DNA from: Hyaloraphidium curvatum SAG 235-1
Taxonomy: Eukaryota > Fungi > Monoblepharomycota
DNA: 64,000 bases
NCBI GenBank assembly: GCA_025558095.1
Contig: JAIVFI010000022.1
Coordinates: 620,001-684,000, forward strand
Direction: 5' to 3'
Each line of letters opens with the position of its first letter. Within the stretch, counting starts at the first letter, position 1. The notes below the pieces were generated by a model. That model saw only the letters and a program-made list of their open reading frames with translations, did no database searches and was not told the origin of the DNA. The position numbers and the translations under genes are program-made. This document shows positions 11,801-23,506 of this stretch, piece after piece.

Positions 11801-14800
11801 TTCTTGGCCGCTACCACCAGCGCGGCCTCGTCGGGGCTCTGCGCGCGGTAGTGCAGAGGCCCGGCGGGTTCCGCAGACGGGCCCTCGGCGCCCTCGACGA
11901 CCTGCGCCGGCATGCCGTCCGGCGTGCTCACGAGGACCGAGTGGCAGACGGCCAGCAGCGTGAAAAACTCCATGATGAGCACGCTCTGCGGCGCCGTCGA
12001 GGTCGGCGCCTCCAGGTCCTGGTACAGCTTGGGATCGACGAAGCCCGGCGCAGCATCCCGGTAAGCCGAAGGGAACTGGGCCGGCACCTGGTACATCTCG
12101 TGGCCAGCATCGGGCGCGGGCGACGGCGACGGGCTCGGGCTCGCACGCGGGATCTGCGGCGTCATCGACGGGGTCGCGGGCAGCGGCGGGAGCGCCTCCG
12201 CAGCCTGCCCGTGGTTCCTGATCGACGCCGACGACCGCGCCGGCGACGGCCTCCTCGGCGCGGGGTACTGCATGCTCGCCGACGACCGGTGCCGCTCCGA
12301 GGTGGGCAGCATCGCCGGCTGCGGGCTTGCCGGCTCCCACCCGCCGTTGACGCCGAGCCCGACGGCCGACACCGACGCCCGCGGCATCGACGAGACCGAC
12401 TTGCGCGGGTCGGTCGACATCCGCCGCAGCGACAGGTTGGCCTGCGCCTGCGACTGGCTTTTGCGCGGCGCGCCGGGTGGGGGCTCCCCGAGCCCGGCAT
12501 AGAGCGTCCCGGCGATGGTGCACTTTTTGAACTCCATCACGTTGCGCGTCAGCGTCCCCGTCTTGTCCGAAAAGACGTACTCGATCTGGCCCAGGTCGTC
12601 CGACAGGTTCCACGCGCGGGGGATGCAGGGCCGGTCCATGGGCTCGTAGTACATCTCCACGTCCTGGTAGATGAAGAAGGCCTGCGCCGTCTTGACGATC
12701 TCGACGGTCAGGTACAGCGATATGGGCACGATGTTCTGGTACTGGATCAGGGCGTTGAGGAAGGCGATCAGGCCGTCGGTGAAGCCGGTGCCCGCGGCCT
12801 GGGCCAGGTAGGGCGGGTTCTCCGCCAGGTGCGCGGCCTCCCAGATGGGGTTGGCGACGGCGACGACGATGCAGATGCAGGCGAGGATGAAGAGGTTGAC
12901 GAGCCTGTAGGTTCAACAAGCGGGGCCTTCTGTCAACAAACGGAGAAGCTGACCCAGCCGCTCGAGACCTACACGTGGTAGTTCATCATCTTCTCGATCG
13001 CGCTCCTCTTGCTTGGCGTCTTTCCCGAGTTCATGACGACCTTGGTCTCGGACCCCGTGAACACCACGAACCCGATCGCCCACTCCGTGTCCCTGAGAAC
13101 CGACCCGCGCAGCAAGAGGTTGCCCGCGTTCACGGGGAGGATCTTCAGATGGAGCACGCCGTCCGAGGCGGCCGTACCCGTCTGGGGGGCCGAGGCGATG
13201 CTGGGCGCGACGCTGGGGAGGGAGGTGGCCGAGGTGCCCGGGGTCACGGCCGACAGCGGGGGGTTGGGGGGCGGCGCGGGTTGGAAGCGCGCCGAGGCGG
13301 CGGTGGGGGGTTCGACGGAGGTGCTTTGGGCCGAGCCGGGGGAAACGGGCGGCAGGGCGGCGAGAAGCGAGGCGGGGTCCGGGCCGTTCTGCGCCGGCAC
13401 CGCGAGGCCCGAAAGCTCCACGGGGGTCTGGGCCAGCGGACTCTCGGGGGCCTCCTCGACCGTCTCGAGCTGCGCGACGAAGCTCGACTTGCCGAAGCTC
13501 GCCCAGCTCCCGCCGTCCGTCTTCTTCCTCAGCGACCTGCGGCCGGGGCTGCTGACCGGCAGCCGCTGGTCCCGCCCGCCTTCGGCCACCAGGGTGCCGG
13601 AGAAGGAGTACATGTTGGCGTTGGCCTCCTCGCTCTCGACCCAGAAGCGGGCGTCGGCGCAGTCCAGGGCCGTCCGAAGGTGCTGCGTCGACGGGACCGA
13701 GTACCGGATCTTGAGGTTGGTCTCGCCGTCCAAGTTCTTGGTCTCGAGGTAGGCCACCGATTCGGGTTCCGAGGAGGAGAGGAGCAGCAGGTCCGCGGGC
13801 ACCGAGTCGCCCTCACGCAGCAGGAGAAAGTCGCCGACCTTCACCTCGCTCCACTGCTTGATGGCAAAGTGCGGGTCGTCGGGGTCGTCCGGGGTGGGAG
13901 GGACGAATTTGGGCGCCGCGGCGACGGGTGAGGCCGGCCGGTCCGCGTTGCCCGAGAGCTTGCCCAGCTCTCCGCCAGTGACCTTGTCCGCGGCCGCCGT
14001 GAGCCACCGGTACAGCGACTTGATCAGCTTCACGACCAAGGCGGCCACGTACTCGATGGGCAGCATGATGTAGCCCAGGATCCGTTCCCACCAGCGCAGG
14101 AAGCGGTGCCAGAGGGCCTGCGACGGGGGCCGCACGTTGACGTTGTAGAAGTTGGCCAGGGCGTAGACCGGCGTCGAGTTGACCTTGTTGTCCGAGGCGT
14201 GCCGGCGGTAGTCCTCCAGGCCGTCCTTGATCATTGTCAGCGTGACCTGTCGAAGGCGCGGTTTAGCCGAGGTTCCGCAGACGGCCCGAGCGCGGGCAGG
14301 CGGACTGCCCCGGCCCGCGAAACACGCCGCCCTCCCGCGTGCCCCGCGAATGCTGGCCAAACTCACGATGATAATGAGCGGCAGCGCCGAAACCACCGGG
14401 TCAATTGTCATGAACACGGGGAAGAACTGGATCACGGCCAGCGTGAGGAAAAAGATGTTTGCCACGCGGCGGAACTGCTCCGAGAGGTTCTTCGGCACGA
14501 AGAGCAGCAGCGAGTACTTTGACGTGCGGATCTCGTTTGTGGGGTAGTCCGGCGTCTCGCCGGGCGCGGCGACCGAGGCGTAGACGGTGCGCGGGGCGGG
14601 CGCGTCGGGGTCGCTGTGGCCGGCATTCTTCCCCTTCTTCGCGGCCTTGCTGTTGAACACCGGCAGCCACGACCGCTGGATCGCCGCGGCGGCGGAGGCG
14701 GTCGACGGGCGGCCGTCCGCGCGCAGCCCGTCCTTCGCCGCGGTCGTCGACTTCGGCGGCGCGAGCGACGTCGCCGACCGCGCGCCGGCGAACGGGTTCA

Positions 14801-14822
14801 GCGCCGCCTGCGCGTCGGTCAT
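8820..14822 (-). CDS. P4-type ATPase (phospholipid flippase, Dnf/Drs2 family)
   Basis: NEIRTSKYS, EQFRRVAN, ETKNLDGETNLK, PISLYLTVE, phosphorylation motif DKTGTLT, SPDEAAL, TGDKMETA, CCRVSPLQKA, GDGANDVSM, GHWNYRR. Multi-exon. Confidence 0.95.
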
Positions 14823-15461
14823 CTCAGCGCGTCTTCCGCCGCTGCGCCGGCCCGCGCCATGGCCCCGCCGACCGAGCGGGGCTGTTTTGAGGAGCGGATC
14901 GTCGAGCGCGCGACCGCCGACCGAGCACCCCCAAGCACCCTGCGCCTGCGCACAGCCCGGTCTGCAGGACTGCAGATCTGGATCTGCGGCTGATTCAGTG
15001 ATAATGTCGATTGCTTTCCTCAATGATTGCGGGGTGGATCGCTAGCCTTGTGGGAGCTCTGAGCTGGAATCGAAGCTCGCCTGAGCGATTGCCCGCAGCC
15101 CCCCAGGAGGACCAATACAAGGTTCTGGAGCCTTCACTCGACGTTGGATGTCATGCGGAATCACTCCTAACAAGATCGCCAAGCTGGAGATCGCCCAAGG
15201 TCTGCTTCCCAGTCTGCCCCAGAGTCCGCAGCCCGTCAAATCAGAGCCAAGAGGTGTTCCATACCGCGATCGGATCGGAACCGAGACCATAAGTGACTTT
15301 AAATGTTGTATACGGGAATCCGGAAGAAATTTGGCAAGTGGGGCGTGTACGGGGGATTGGGTGATTGGCCACTGCAAGCACGTCTCGAGCATCGTGCGGG
15401 GACCAACTCGTGCTCCACTCGGGCTGCCGTGTTGTCGGTTCATTCACCGCAGCCGACCATC

Positions 15462-17695
15462 ATGGGTCGTTCCTACACGTCCGCCGAGGTCGCGAAGCAC
15501 TCTGCGGAGGGGGATGGTGCGTGGGAGACTCTCCCGGATCCACGCCGTCGCTGACTCGCAGACCCTCCTGCCGGGAGCCTGGATCATAATCGATCAGAAG
15601 GTGCGCTTCGATGCTGAACACGGAGCGCCCGGAAGCCTCAACGGAACCCCGCGGCCGCGCACGCGCAGGTCTACGACGTCTCCAAGTTCGCCGACGACCA
15701 CCCCGGCGGCAAGAAGATCCTCCTCCGCCACGCCGGCAAGGACGCCACGGCCATCTTCCGGCAATACCACAAGGACACCGTGCTGAGCCAGTTCGGCCCC
15801 AAGCTGGAGGTCGGCTCCGTGGAATCGCTTGTCGCGCAGGTCGCCGCCGCGACGGGGGGACAGCCGGCCAAGAAGAGCCCGCTGCTGACGGGCGAGCTGG
15901 AGGTGTTTGGCGACCTGGCGCCGTTTGCGGAGCCGTACTGGTACCAGGATTGGTACTCGCCTTGTGGGTCGCCGCCGTCCTCCTCGACGTCCATTCGGCC
16001 TGACTCCGGCCAGACTACAACGACTCGCACCGCGCCCTCCGCGCGCACATGCGCAAGCTCATGTCCGACAACCTGTGGCTCGACCAGAAGGACAAATTCG
16101 ACGCGCTGATCAAGCAGAACAAACCGCTGCCCACAGAGTACTTCCAGAAGATCGGCGCCGCGGGGCTGTTCCGCGTCATCGTGGGGCCGCCGTGGAGGGC
16201 ACCTGACTTGCCGGGGATTCCGGACCTGCCGATGGGGATCAAGTCGGAGGACTGGAACATGTTCCACGAGATGAGTGGGTGGACGGTTGCCTCTAGGAAG
16301 GTTCTCGCTGAACAGAGTGCTGGCAGTTGTGCTCGACGAGATCCGCAACTCGCCCAGCATTCTGCCCTTGCTGTTCGGCGGGCAGGCCTAGTGGGTTTCA
16401 CATCCGTCTTGGATGCCGCATTCTCTTGACAAGGCCCCGCAGCGCCATCCCACCGATCGAAAAGTACGGCCCCCAATGGATGAAGGAAGCCCTCCTCCCC
16501 GCCTTGTACTCGGGCCGCAAGACCGCGGCCCTGGCCATCTCGGAGCCCCACGCCGGGTCGGACGTGCAGAACATCCAGACCACGGCCAGGCTGTCGGACG
16601 ACGGGAAGCACTTCATCGTCAACGGGGAGAAGAAGTGGATCACGGGCGGCGTGCGTGCTCGGCGTGGGGACCCGTCAGAAAGCTCTGACCGGGTGTTTTG
16701 GGCAGGTCTGGTCGGATTGGTTCACCACGGCCGTCAGGACCGGCGGCGCGGGCGGCGCCGGGGTGTCGGTGCTCATGATTGAGCGGTCTCCGGGCGTCAA
16801 GACCAGGCACATCGAGACTTCGGCCGGCGTCAGCTCGGCGGCGACCTACGTCACGTTCGACGACGTCAAGGTGGGTTGACTGGCGACGACGTGCCCGTTG
16901 CGCGTTGCTGATCGAGGATCGAATCCAGGTGCCGGTCGAGAACCTACTCGGAAAGCTGAACGAAGGATTCAAGGTGCTCATGGTGGGCACGGACGCGGGA
17001 TCGGGGCAAGCCTCTGCTGATCGCGAACGCGACAGACGAACTTCAACCACGAGCGGATCCTTATTTGCATCAACGTGAAGTGAGTTTTGAGGGGAGCTTG
17101 TTGTCGAGAGCTACGCTGACTCTTCCGTTGGCGCAGCCGGCAATCCCGCGTCTGCTATCAAGGTCTATCCTGATCCCGTCGCCGTTCTTGTCGCTGCTTG
17201 CTCACGGACCTCCTTTTGCAGAGGCACTCCACTACGCCCACCGCCGCAAGACCTTCGGCAAGTTCCTCATCGAGCACGGCGTCATCCGCGACAAGTTCGC
17301 CCAGATGGCCCGCCAGATCGAGGCCACCCACGCATGGATCGAGGTGCTCGCGTACCAGATGACCAAGATGGACCCCAAGATCCAGGACCTGCGCCTCGGC
17401 GGCGCCATCGCCCTGTGCAAGCTGCAGTGCACGCGCACGTTCGAGCTCTGCGCGAGGGAGGCGTCGCAGATCATGGGCGGGATCGCGTACACCAAGGGCG
17501 GGCAGGGCGGGCGCGTCGAGGCGTTGTACAGGCTGGTGCGCGGCGTGGCCATCCCGGGCGGGTCCGAGGAGATCATGTGGGTCACGGGCTCGGTCGTTGG
17601 CCGTCCGCGGGGCACTAATCTGGCATGCTTTCAGGGGAGATCTCGCCGTGCGGCAGAGCACGAAGGTTGCGAAGATGCTCGGAGCCGATCTCTAG
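15462..17695 (+). CDS. Cytochrome b5 domain-acyl-CoA dehydrogenase fusion (multi-exon), paralog B
   Basis: MGRSYTSAEVAKH, VYDVSKFADDHPGG, LAISEPHAGSDV, NGEKKWITGG, NFNHER, QIMGGIAYTKGGQG, IPGGSEEIM; ends MLGADL-TAG. Shares long stretches with 65-2303 (EVFGDLAPF-EP-WYQD). Confidence 0.93.
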
Positions 17696-17882
17696 CAGAT
17701 CGTCGAAGAAGCCTTCACTCCCATTGCTTCCGACCAGCGATGGTTCAGGTGCGGCGGGATCCCACGACGGCGCCAGAAACCTGACGCCAGGGCAGAAGTG
17801 TACTCCTCAATCCATCGCTCGATTCAGAGAGACATTCACTTCCGTTGTATGTATACTCCAAGTGCCTCGTACATCAATCCAC

Positions 17883-20501
17883 CTACAGTTTCGGCCCGCT
17901 CGTGCTCCCCGTCCTCCTGCCGCTGGCGTCCCTGGTGGGGTCGCCTTTGAATCTGAAAAGCATTCTCCGTGAGCCCCAGACAACGAAGCTGGCCAGAGCG
18001 TGACCTACCCGAGGTTCGTGAAAGCCCTGGTCGAACCAGACTGCGGGGGAGCCTCGGCGCCCGTGGCAAATTGTGTGACCTCGTTCCACCTGTCGCGCAC
18101 GGCCTCGACGTTGAAGCTCGAGTCCAGCTTGAAGAAGGCCCCGGCGGAGCGCTGCAGGCGGGTCTCGGCGACCCAGCCGCCGCCGACCTCGTAGATGTGG
18201 TGCGGCATGGTGTTACTCTCGTGGGAAAGGTACACGACGAGGGGCGAGATCCACTGCGGAACGATATCAATCGAAGAGCCAAAGGCCGTCAGCACAATGA
18301 GGACGAACGTGGGGTTTCCGAGCCTCAATGTAATGCGGGTCGACGCCGGGAATGGTTGCGATCATGCTGGCAACGAGTGTTCAGCACCCTCCCAAGGCGA
18401 TGACGTCGCATGGCCTCTCACCGGGTCCCCGCACCGGGTGCAATGGTATGGCACACGATGTTGTCCTTGGCACCCTCCTTCGACAAGGTCTGCGCAAAGC
18501 CGATGGTGCCGAGCTTGGCAGCTATGGCCATCATCAAACGGCAGTCGAGCAAGAGCAACGAGTAACGACTCACAGGCGTAATTGGTCTGCCCGAAGTTGC
18601 CAAAAATTCCGGCCGCCGAGGTCGTGAACACGATGCGGCCGTACTTCTGGTTCTTCATGTGCGCCCAAGCCGCCTTGGTGGTCTTGTAAACGCCCCTTAA
18701 GTGGACGTCCATGATCGAATTCCAGTCCTCGTCGGTCATGCGGGCCAGGGACTTGTCGCGCAGGAAGCCGGCGTTGTTGACGAGCACGTCGATGCGGCCG
18801 AAGGCCTTGATCGCCGTCTGCGGGGTGATGGCCCTGAGTGTCAACCGTCCACGTGAGGCGCAGAGTTTGCCGCACCTCAATGATCTTCTCCCCCTCGAGG
18901 ACCGAGTCGTAGTTGGCGACGGCCGTGCCGCCCTCCTTCCGGATTTCCTCGACGGTGGCATCGGCTGCTTCCGACGACTTGCCCGCGCCGTTCACGGCAG
19001 TGCCAAGGTCGTTGACGACGACCTTGGCTCCAAGTTTGGCAAAGTACTTGGCGTGCGCTTTGCCGATGCCGTTGCCCTGGAAAGCTGTTAGAGAAAGCGG
19101 ACGAAAAGCTTGATGGAAGTCGCTCACAGCGCCAGTGACGACCGCAACGCGCCCGTCGAAGCGCAGGTCGGGAATCTCCGGGTTCCCGGGCATCTTGGTG
19201 GACTCCTCCATCTTCTTCATGAAGTTGGCGTCCTGGACCACGAGAGGGTAGTCAGGGTTCGTGAAGTCCATGATCTGGGGCATCTTCTCCTTGATGAGAG
19301 CCGCGGTGTAGTTGACGTTGGGGTTCAGAAGCACGCCCTTGGAACGCTGCCAGCGGAGCTTGGCCATCCAGCCCGCGCCGACCTCGAACAGCGAGCCGTT
19401 CTCCTTCGAAGACGAATGGCAGAGGTAGGCCACGAGGGGAACGACATACTCCGGCTTCACGGCTTCCAGCAGCTCCTTGGGCCAGACGGTCGCGGTTAGG
19501 CGGGACCCGGCGATCGGAGCAATCGTGTTTGTGAAGATGTTGTTCTTCGAGCCCTCCTTGGCCATAGTCTGGGACAAGCCGTGCAGGCCAAGCTTAGCGG
19601 CTGGCAAAGTCGCCATTGTCAGCGAAGGTCGACCTGGATGTGCGAAGATAGCTACCGGCGTAGTTCGATTGGCCGAAGCTTCCATAGATGCCGCTCGCCG
19701 ACGAGGTGTTGATTATTCTGCCGTACTTCTGCTTCTGCATCACCTGCCAGGCCGCGCGGGCGACCTTGAACGCGCCGTCGAGGTGAACCTTCTGAATGAG
19801 CTGCGGACGCCGCGTCGGGAAGGTTCGTGACTTGGCTAACAAGCACCGAGATCCAAAACCCACGTCCCAGTCCTCGTCAGACACTGCGAAAGAACGCAAG
19901 TCAGCCAATGTGGTCGGCGAAAAGGAGAGCGACTCACTCCTCTGGAACGACTTGTCGCGAAGAATGCCCGCGTTCTGGGACGGCCCGAAACGGTCAAAAG
20001 ACGACGCGCGAGAACGAGGCTGAGAATCCCACGTTGATGATAACATCAACCCTTCCAAACGCCTTGACCGCAGTGTCGATGATTCTATGGGGCGGCGCGC
20101 GTCGTTGAGAACCAGCCGCGTGCCTCCTCGTTCCAGTTTCACCTCTCCCCGAACTCGACCGAGTCGTAGTTCGCCACGGCCTTGCCGCCGGCCTTGGTAA
20201 TCTCCTCAACGACGGCATCCGCGGCGCGCTGGTCCTTGCCCTGGCCGAAGCCCGAGCCGCCGAGATCGTTGACAACCACGGAAGCTCCACGTGAGGCAAA
20301 GAACAAGGCGTAGGCCTTGCCGAGACCATTGCCCTGGCGTCAGAAAGGGAGGAGATAATGGAAGTCGCGCCGTTCAGAGGAGAAGCACGCGCATCGGGAG
20401 GAAGACACGGGGTTTGAGTCGGTTGCTTGGGCAGTTCAACACAGGAGACCCACGGCGCCAGTCACGACGACGGTCTGGCCATCCCAACGGAGCTCGCTCA
20501 T
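17883..20501 (-). CDS. Fox2/MFE-2-like peroxisomal double (3R)-hydroxyacyl-CoA dehydrogenase without hydratase domain, copy 1
   Basis: Two tandem SDR domains ([36 protein letters not shown]; second [16 protein letters not shown]). Ends [11 protein letters not shown], a PTS1-like tripeptide. Confidence 0.88.
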
Positions 20502-20570
20502 CGTGAATGGAGCGAAGACCCGATGAATACAATGCTTCGGAGTGGGAGAGGTGGCGACTCAACGCGTGGA

Positions 20571-20589
20571 AGACGGCGGCAAATCGGCC
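20571..20589. promoter_or_regulatory. Conserved 19-bp upstream element AGACGGCGGCAAATCGGCC of Fox2-like copy 1
   Basis: Identical 19-mer about 70 bp upstream of the ATG in both duplicates while flanks have diverged. Confidence 0.5.
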
Positions 20590-20693
20590 ACTGCGATCGA
20601 CGTGCGGACCCGATCGGGCGCAAACCGCCCGTCGCTCCTTCTCGAGGCGCAGCCGTCCTACTTCGTTTTTCAACGCTCCATACAACAAGCCGC

Positions 20694-23317
20694 CTACAGC
20701 TTCGGTCCGCTCGTGCTTCCCGTCCGCCTGCCGCTGGCGTCCCTCGTTGGGTCGCCCTTGAACCTGAAGCCAGCGATCCCTGAGCAACAGGACCGACATG
20801 ATCACGCATTCAACCCACCCAAGGTTCGTGAAGGCCCTAGTAGCACCGGAAGCCGGCGGCGCCTCGGCGCCAGTGACGAACTGGGTGACCTCCTGCCACC
20901 TGTCGCGCACGGCTTCGACGTTGAAGCTCGAGTCCAGCTTGAAGAAGGCGCCGGCGGACCGCTGCAGGCGGGTCTCGGCGACCCAGCCGCCGCCGACCTC
21001 GAAAAGGTGGTGCGGCATGGTGTCGCTTTCGTGGCAGAGGTAGACGACGAGGGGAGAGATCCACTGCGACGGAGGTCAGCCGAGCACTAAATGCCAGCAG
21101 TATCTAGCTCACGTCGGGCTTGCGGGCCTCGACGTACTTGGGGTCAACGCCAGGGATCGTGGCGATCATGCTACAAACATGATCAGGCGCATGTTGGAAA
21201 GACGTAAGCGGGCTCTTACCGAGTGCCGGCGCCGGGGGCGATAGTGTGGCAGACGATGTTGTCCTTCGCGCCCTCCTTCGAGAGCGTCTGGGCGAAACCG
21301 ACGGTACCGAGCTTAGCAGCTGGAAGCGGGAAGAATGAGATGCGGCTCGGAAGGCTCCAAACGAGACCCCGCACCGGCGTAGTTGGCCTGCCCGAAGTTG
21401 CCGAAGATGCCCGACGAGGAGGCGGTGAAGACGATACGGCCGTACTTCTGGTTCTTCATGTGAGGCCAAGCCGCCTTGGTCGTCTTGTAGATGCCCCTCA
21501 GGTGCACGTCCATGATCGAGTTCCAGTCCTCGTCCGTCATCCGCGCCAGCGTTTTGTCGCGGAGGAAGCCGGCGTTGTTGACGAGCACGTCCACGCGGCC
21601 GAAGGCCTTGATCGCCGTCTGCGGGGTGATGGCCCTGAGTGTCAACCATCCACGTGAGGCGCAGAGTTTGCCGCACCTCAATGATCTTCTCGCCCTCAAG
21701 CACCGAGTCGTAGTTGGCGACAGCCGTGCCGCCTTCCTTCCGGATTTCCTCGACGGTGGCGTCGGCGGCACCAGAAGACTTGCCAGCGCCGTTGACGGCG
21801 GTGCCAAGGTCGTTGACGACCACCTTGGCCCCAAGTTTGGCGAAATACTTGGCGTGGGCCTTGCCGATACCGTTGCCCTGAAAAGAGCGATTAGAGGGAT
21901 CGCGAGCGACGTCGCCAACAAACATACAGCGCCCGTGACGACGACGACCCGTCCATCGTACCGCAGGTCGGGGATCGAAGGGTTGCCGGGGAGCTTGACC
22001 GAGTCCTCCATCTTCTTCTGGAAGTTGGCCTCGGCGCCCGCGACGGGGTAGTCCGCGTTCGTGAAGTCCATGATCTGGGGCATCTTTTCCTTGATGAGAG
22101 CCGCGGTGTAGTTGACGTTGGGGTTCAGCAGCACGCCCTTGGTCCTCTGCCAGCGGAGCTTGGCCATCCAACCGGCGCCGACCTCGAAGAGCGACCCGTT
22201 CTCCTTGGTGGAGGAGTGGCAGAGGTACGCAACCAGGGGAACGACGTATTCCGGCTTCACGGCCTCGAGCAGCTCCTTGGGCCACACGGTGGCGGTCAAA
22301 CGCGAACCGGCGATGGGAGCGATCGTGTTGGTGTGGATGTTGTTCTTGGCGCCCTCCTTGGCCAGGGTCTCCGAGAAACCGTGCAGACCAAACTTGGCAG
22401 CTAAAGGATGACAGCACATGAGCCGAAATCTCCACCGCCGGTGCGGTGACCGTACCAGCGTAGTTGGACTGCCCGAAGCTTCCGTAGATGCCGCTTGCCG
22501 ACGAAGTGTTGATGATCCGGCCGTACTTCTGCTTTTGCATCACCTGCCAGGCCGCGCGGGCGACCTTGAACGCGCCGTCGAGGTGAACCTTCTGAATCAG
22601 CTGTGGGCCGAAAGAGGGACAGGTTCGGACTCGTGATCGTCGAACAGCGCCAGTCAGGAACCCACGTCCCAGTCCTCGTCGGACACTGGAAACGGTACAC
22701 ATTGAGCGGGCACGAGGAAGGCAGCGACAGGGAAACTCACTCCTCTGGAACGATTTGTCGCGGAGGATGCCGGCGTTCTGGGAGACGGTTCGACGGGTGA
22801 GGCCAAATCGACGCGAGCATCCTCCGACGGTCCCACATTGATCACCACATCCACCCTGCCGAAAGCTTTGACCGCGGTGTCGATGATCCTATGGGGAACA
22901 ACAGCCTCGTCAGGGCTGGCGTCGCGGTCTCCTTCGTGCCGGGATGTACCTCTCCCCGAACTCGACTGAGTCGTAGTTGGCCACGGCCTTGCCACCGGCC
23001 TTGGTGATCTCGTCGACGACGGCATCAGCGGCGCGCTGGTCCTTGCCCTGGCCGAAGCCAGAGCCACCGAGGTCGTTGACAACCACGGACGCTCCGCGCG
23101 AGGCGAAGAACAGGGCGTAGGCCTTCCCGAGACCGTTGCCCTGATGTTGGAAATAATGTGGGCGATGAAGGCAATGCCGTTCGCCGCAGATGGGCGCGTC
23201 GGAAGGGAGGTCGGGCGCGGAGCGGTGAGTCGGCTGCGGGACCGACGGGCTCGGGCGACGGGGACCCACGGCGCCGGTCACGACGACGGTCTGTCCGTCC
23301 CAACGGAGCTGGCTCAT
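20694..23317 (-). CDS. Fox2/MFE-2-like double dehydrogenase without hydratase domain, copy 2 (tandem duplicate)
   Basis: Same exon structure and near-identical protein to 17883-20501. Starts [16 protein letters not shown], ends [11 protein letters not shown]. Confidence 0.88.
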
Positions 23318-23385
23318 CGTGAATGGAAGGAGGACGGTTCGAGGAGAAGTTCCGAAGCGTGAGGGCTGTTCGGTCAAAGCGGGGG

Positions 23386-23404
23386 AGACGGCGGCAAATC
23401 GGCC
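23386..23404. promoter_or_regulatory. Conserved 19-bp upstream element of Fox2-like copy 2
   Basis: Same 19-mer as 20571-20589, 69 bp upstream of the ATG. Confidence 0.5.
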
Positions 23405-23506
23405 CGACCGTCTTCCGCCCAACGACGGACGACGGAAGCCGACAAACTTTCCAGCCTTCCAATCATCTATTCGTTTAATCCGATTCATAAGCTGACAGAG
23501 ATGACA

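Noticed and set aside
10579-12981. 800-aa plus-strand ORF and many other long overlapping ORFs (e.g. 11159-12919, 48837-51002, 48985-51093, 62262-63914)
   Set aside because: Antisense or off-frame shadows of real genes; high GC suppresses stop codons and the translations are Arg/Gly/Pro-rich without motifs.
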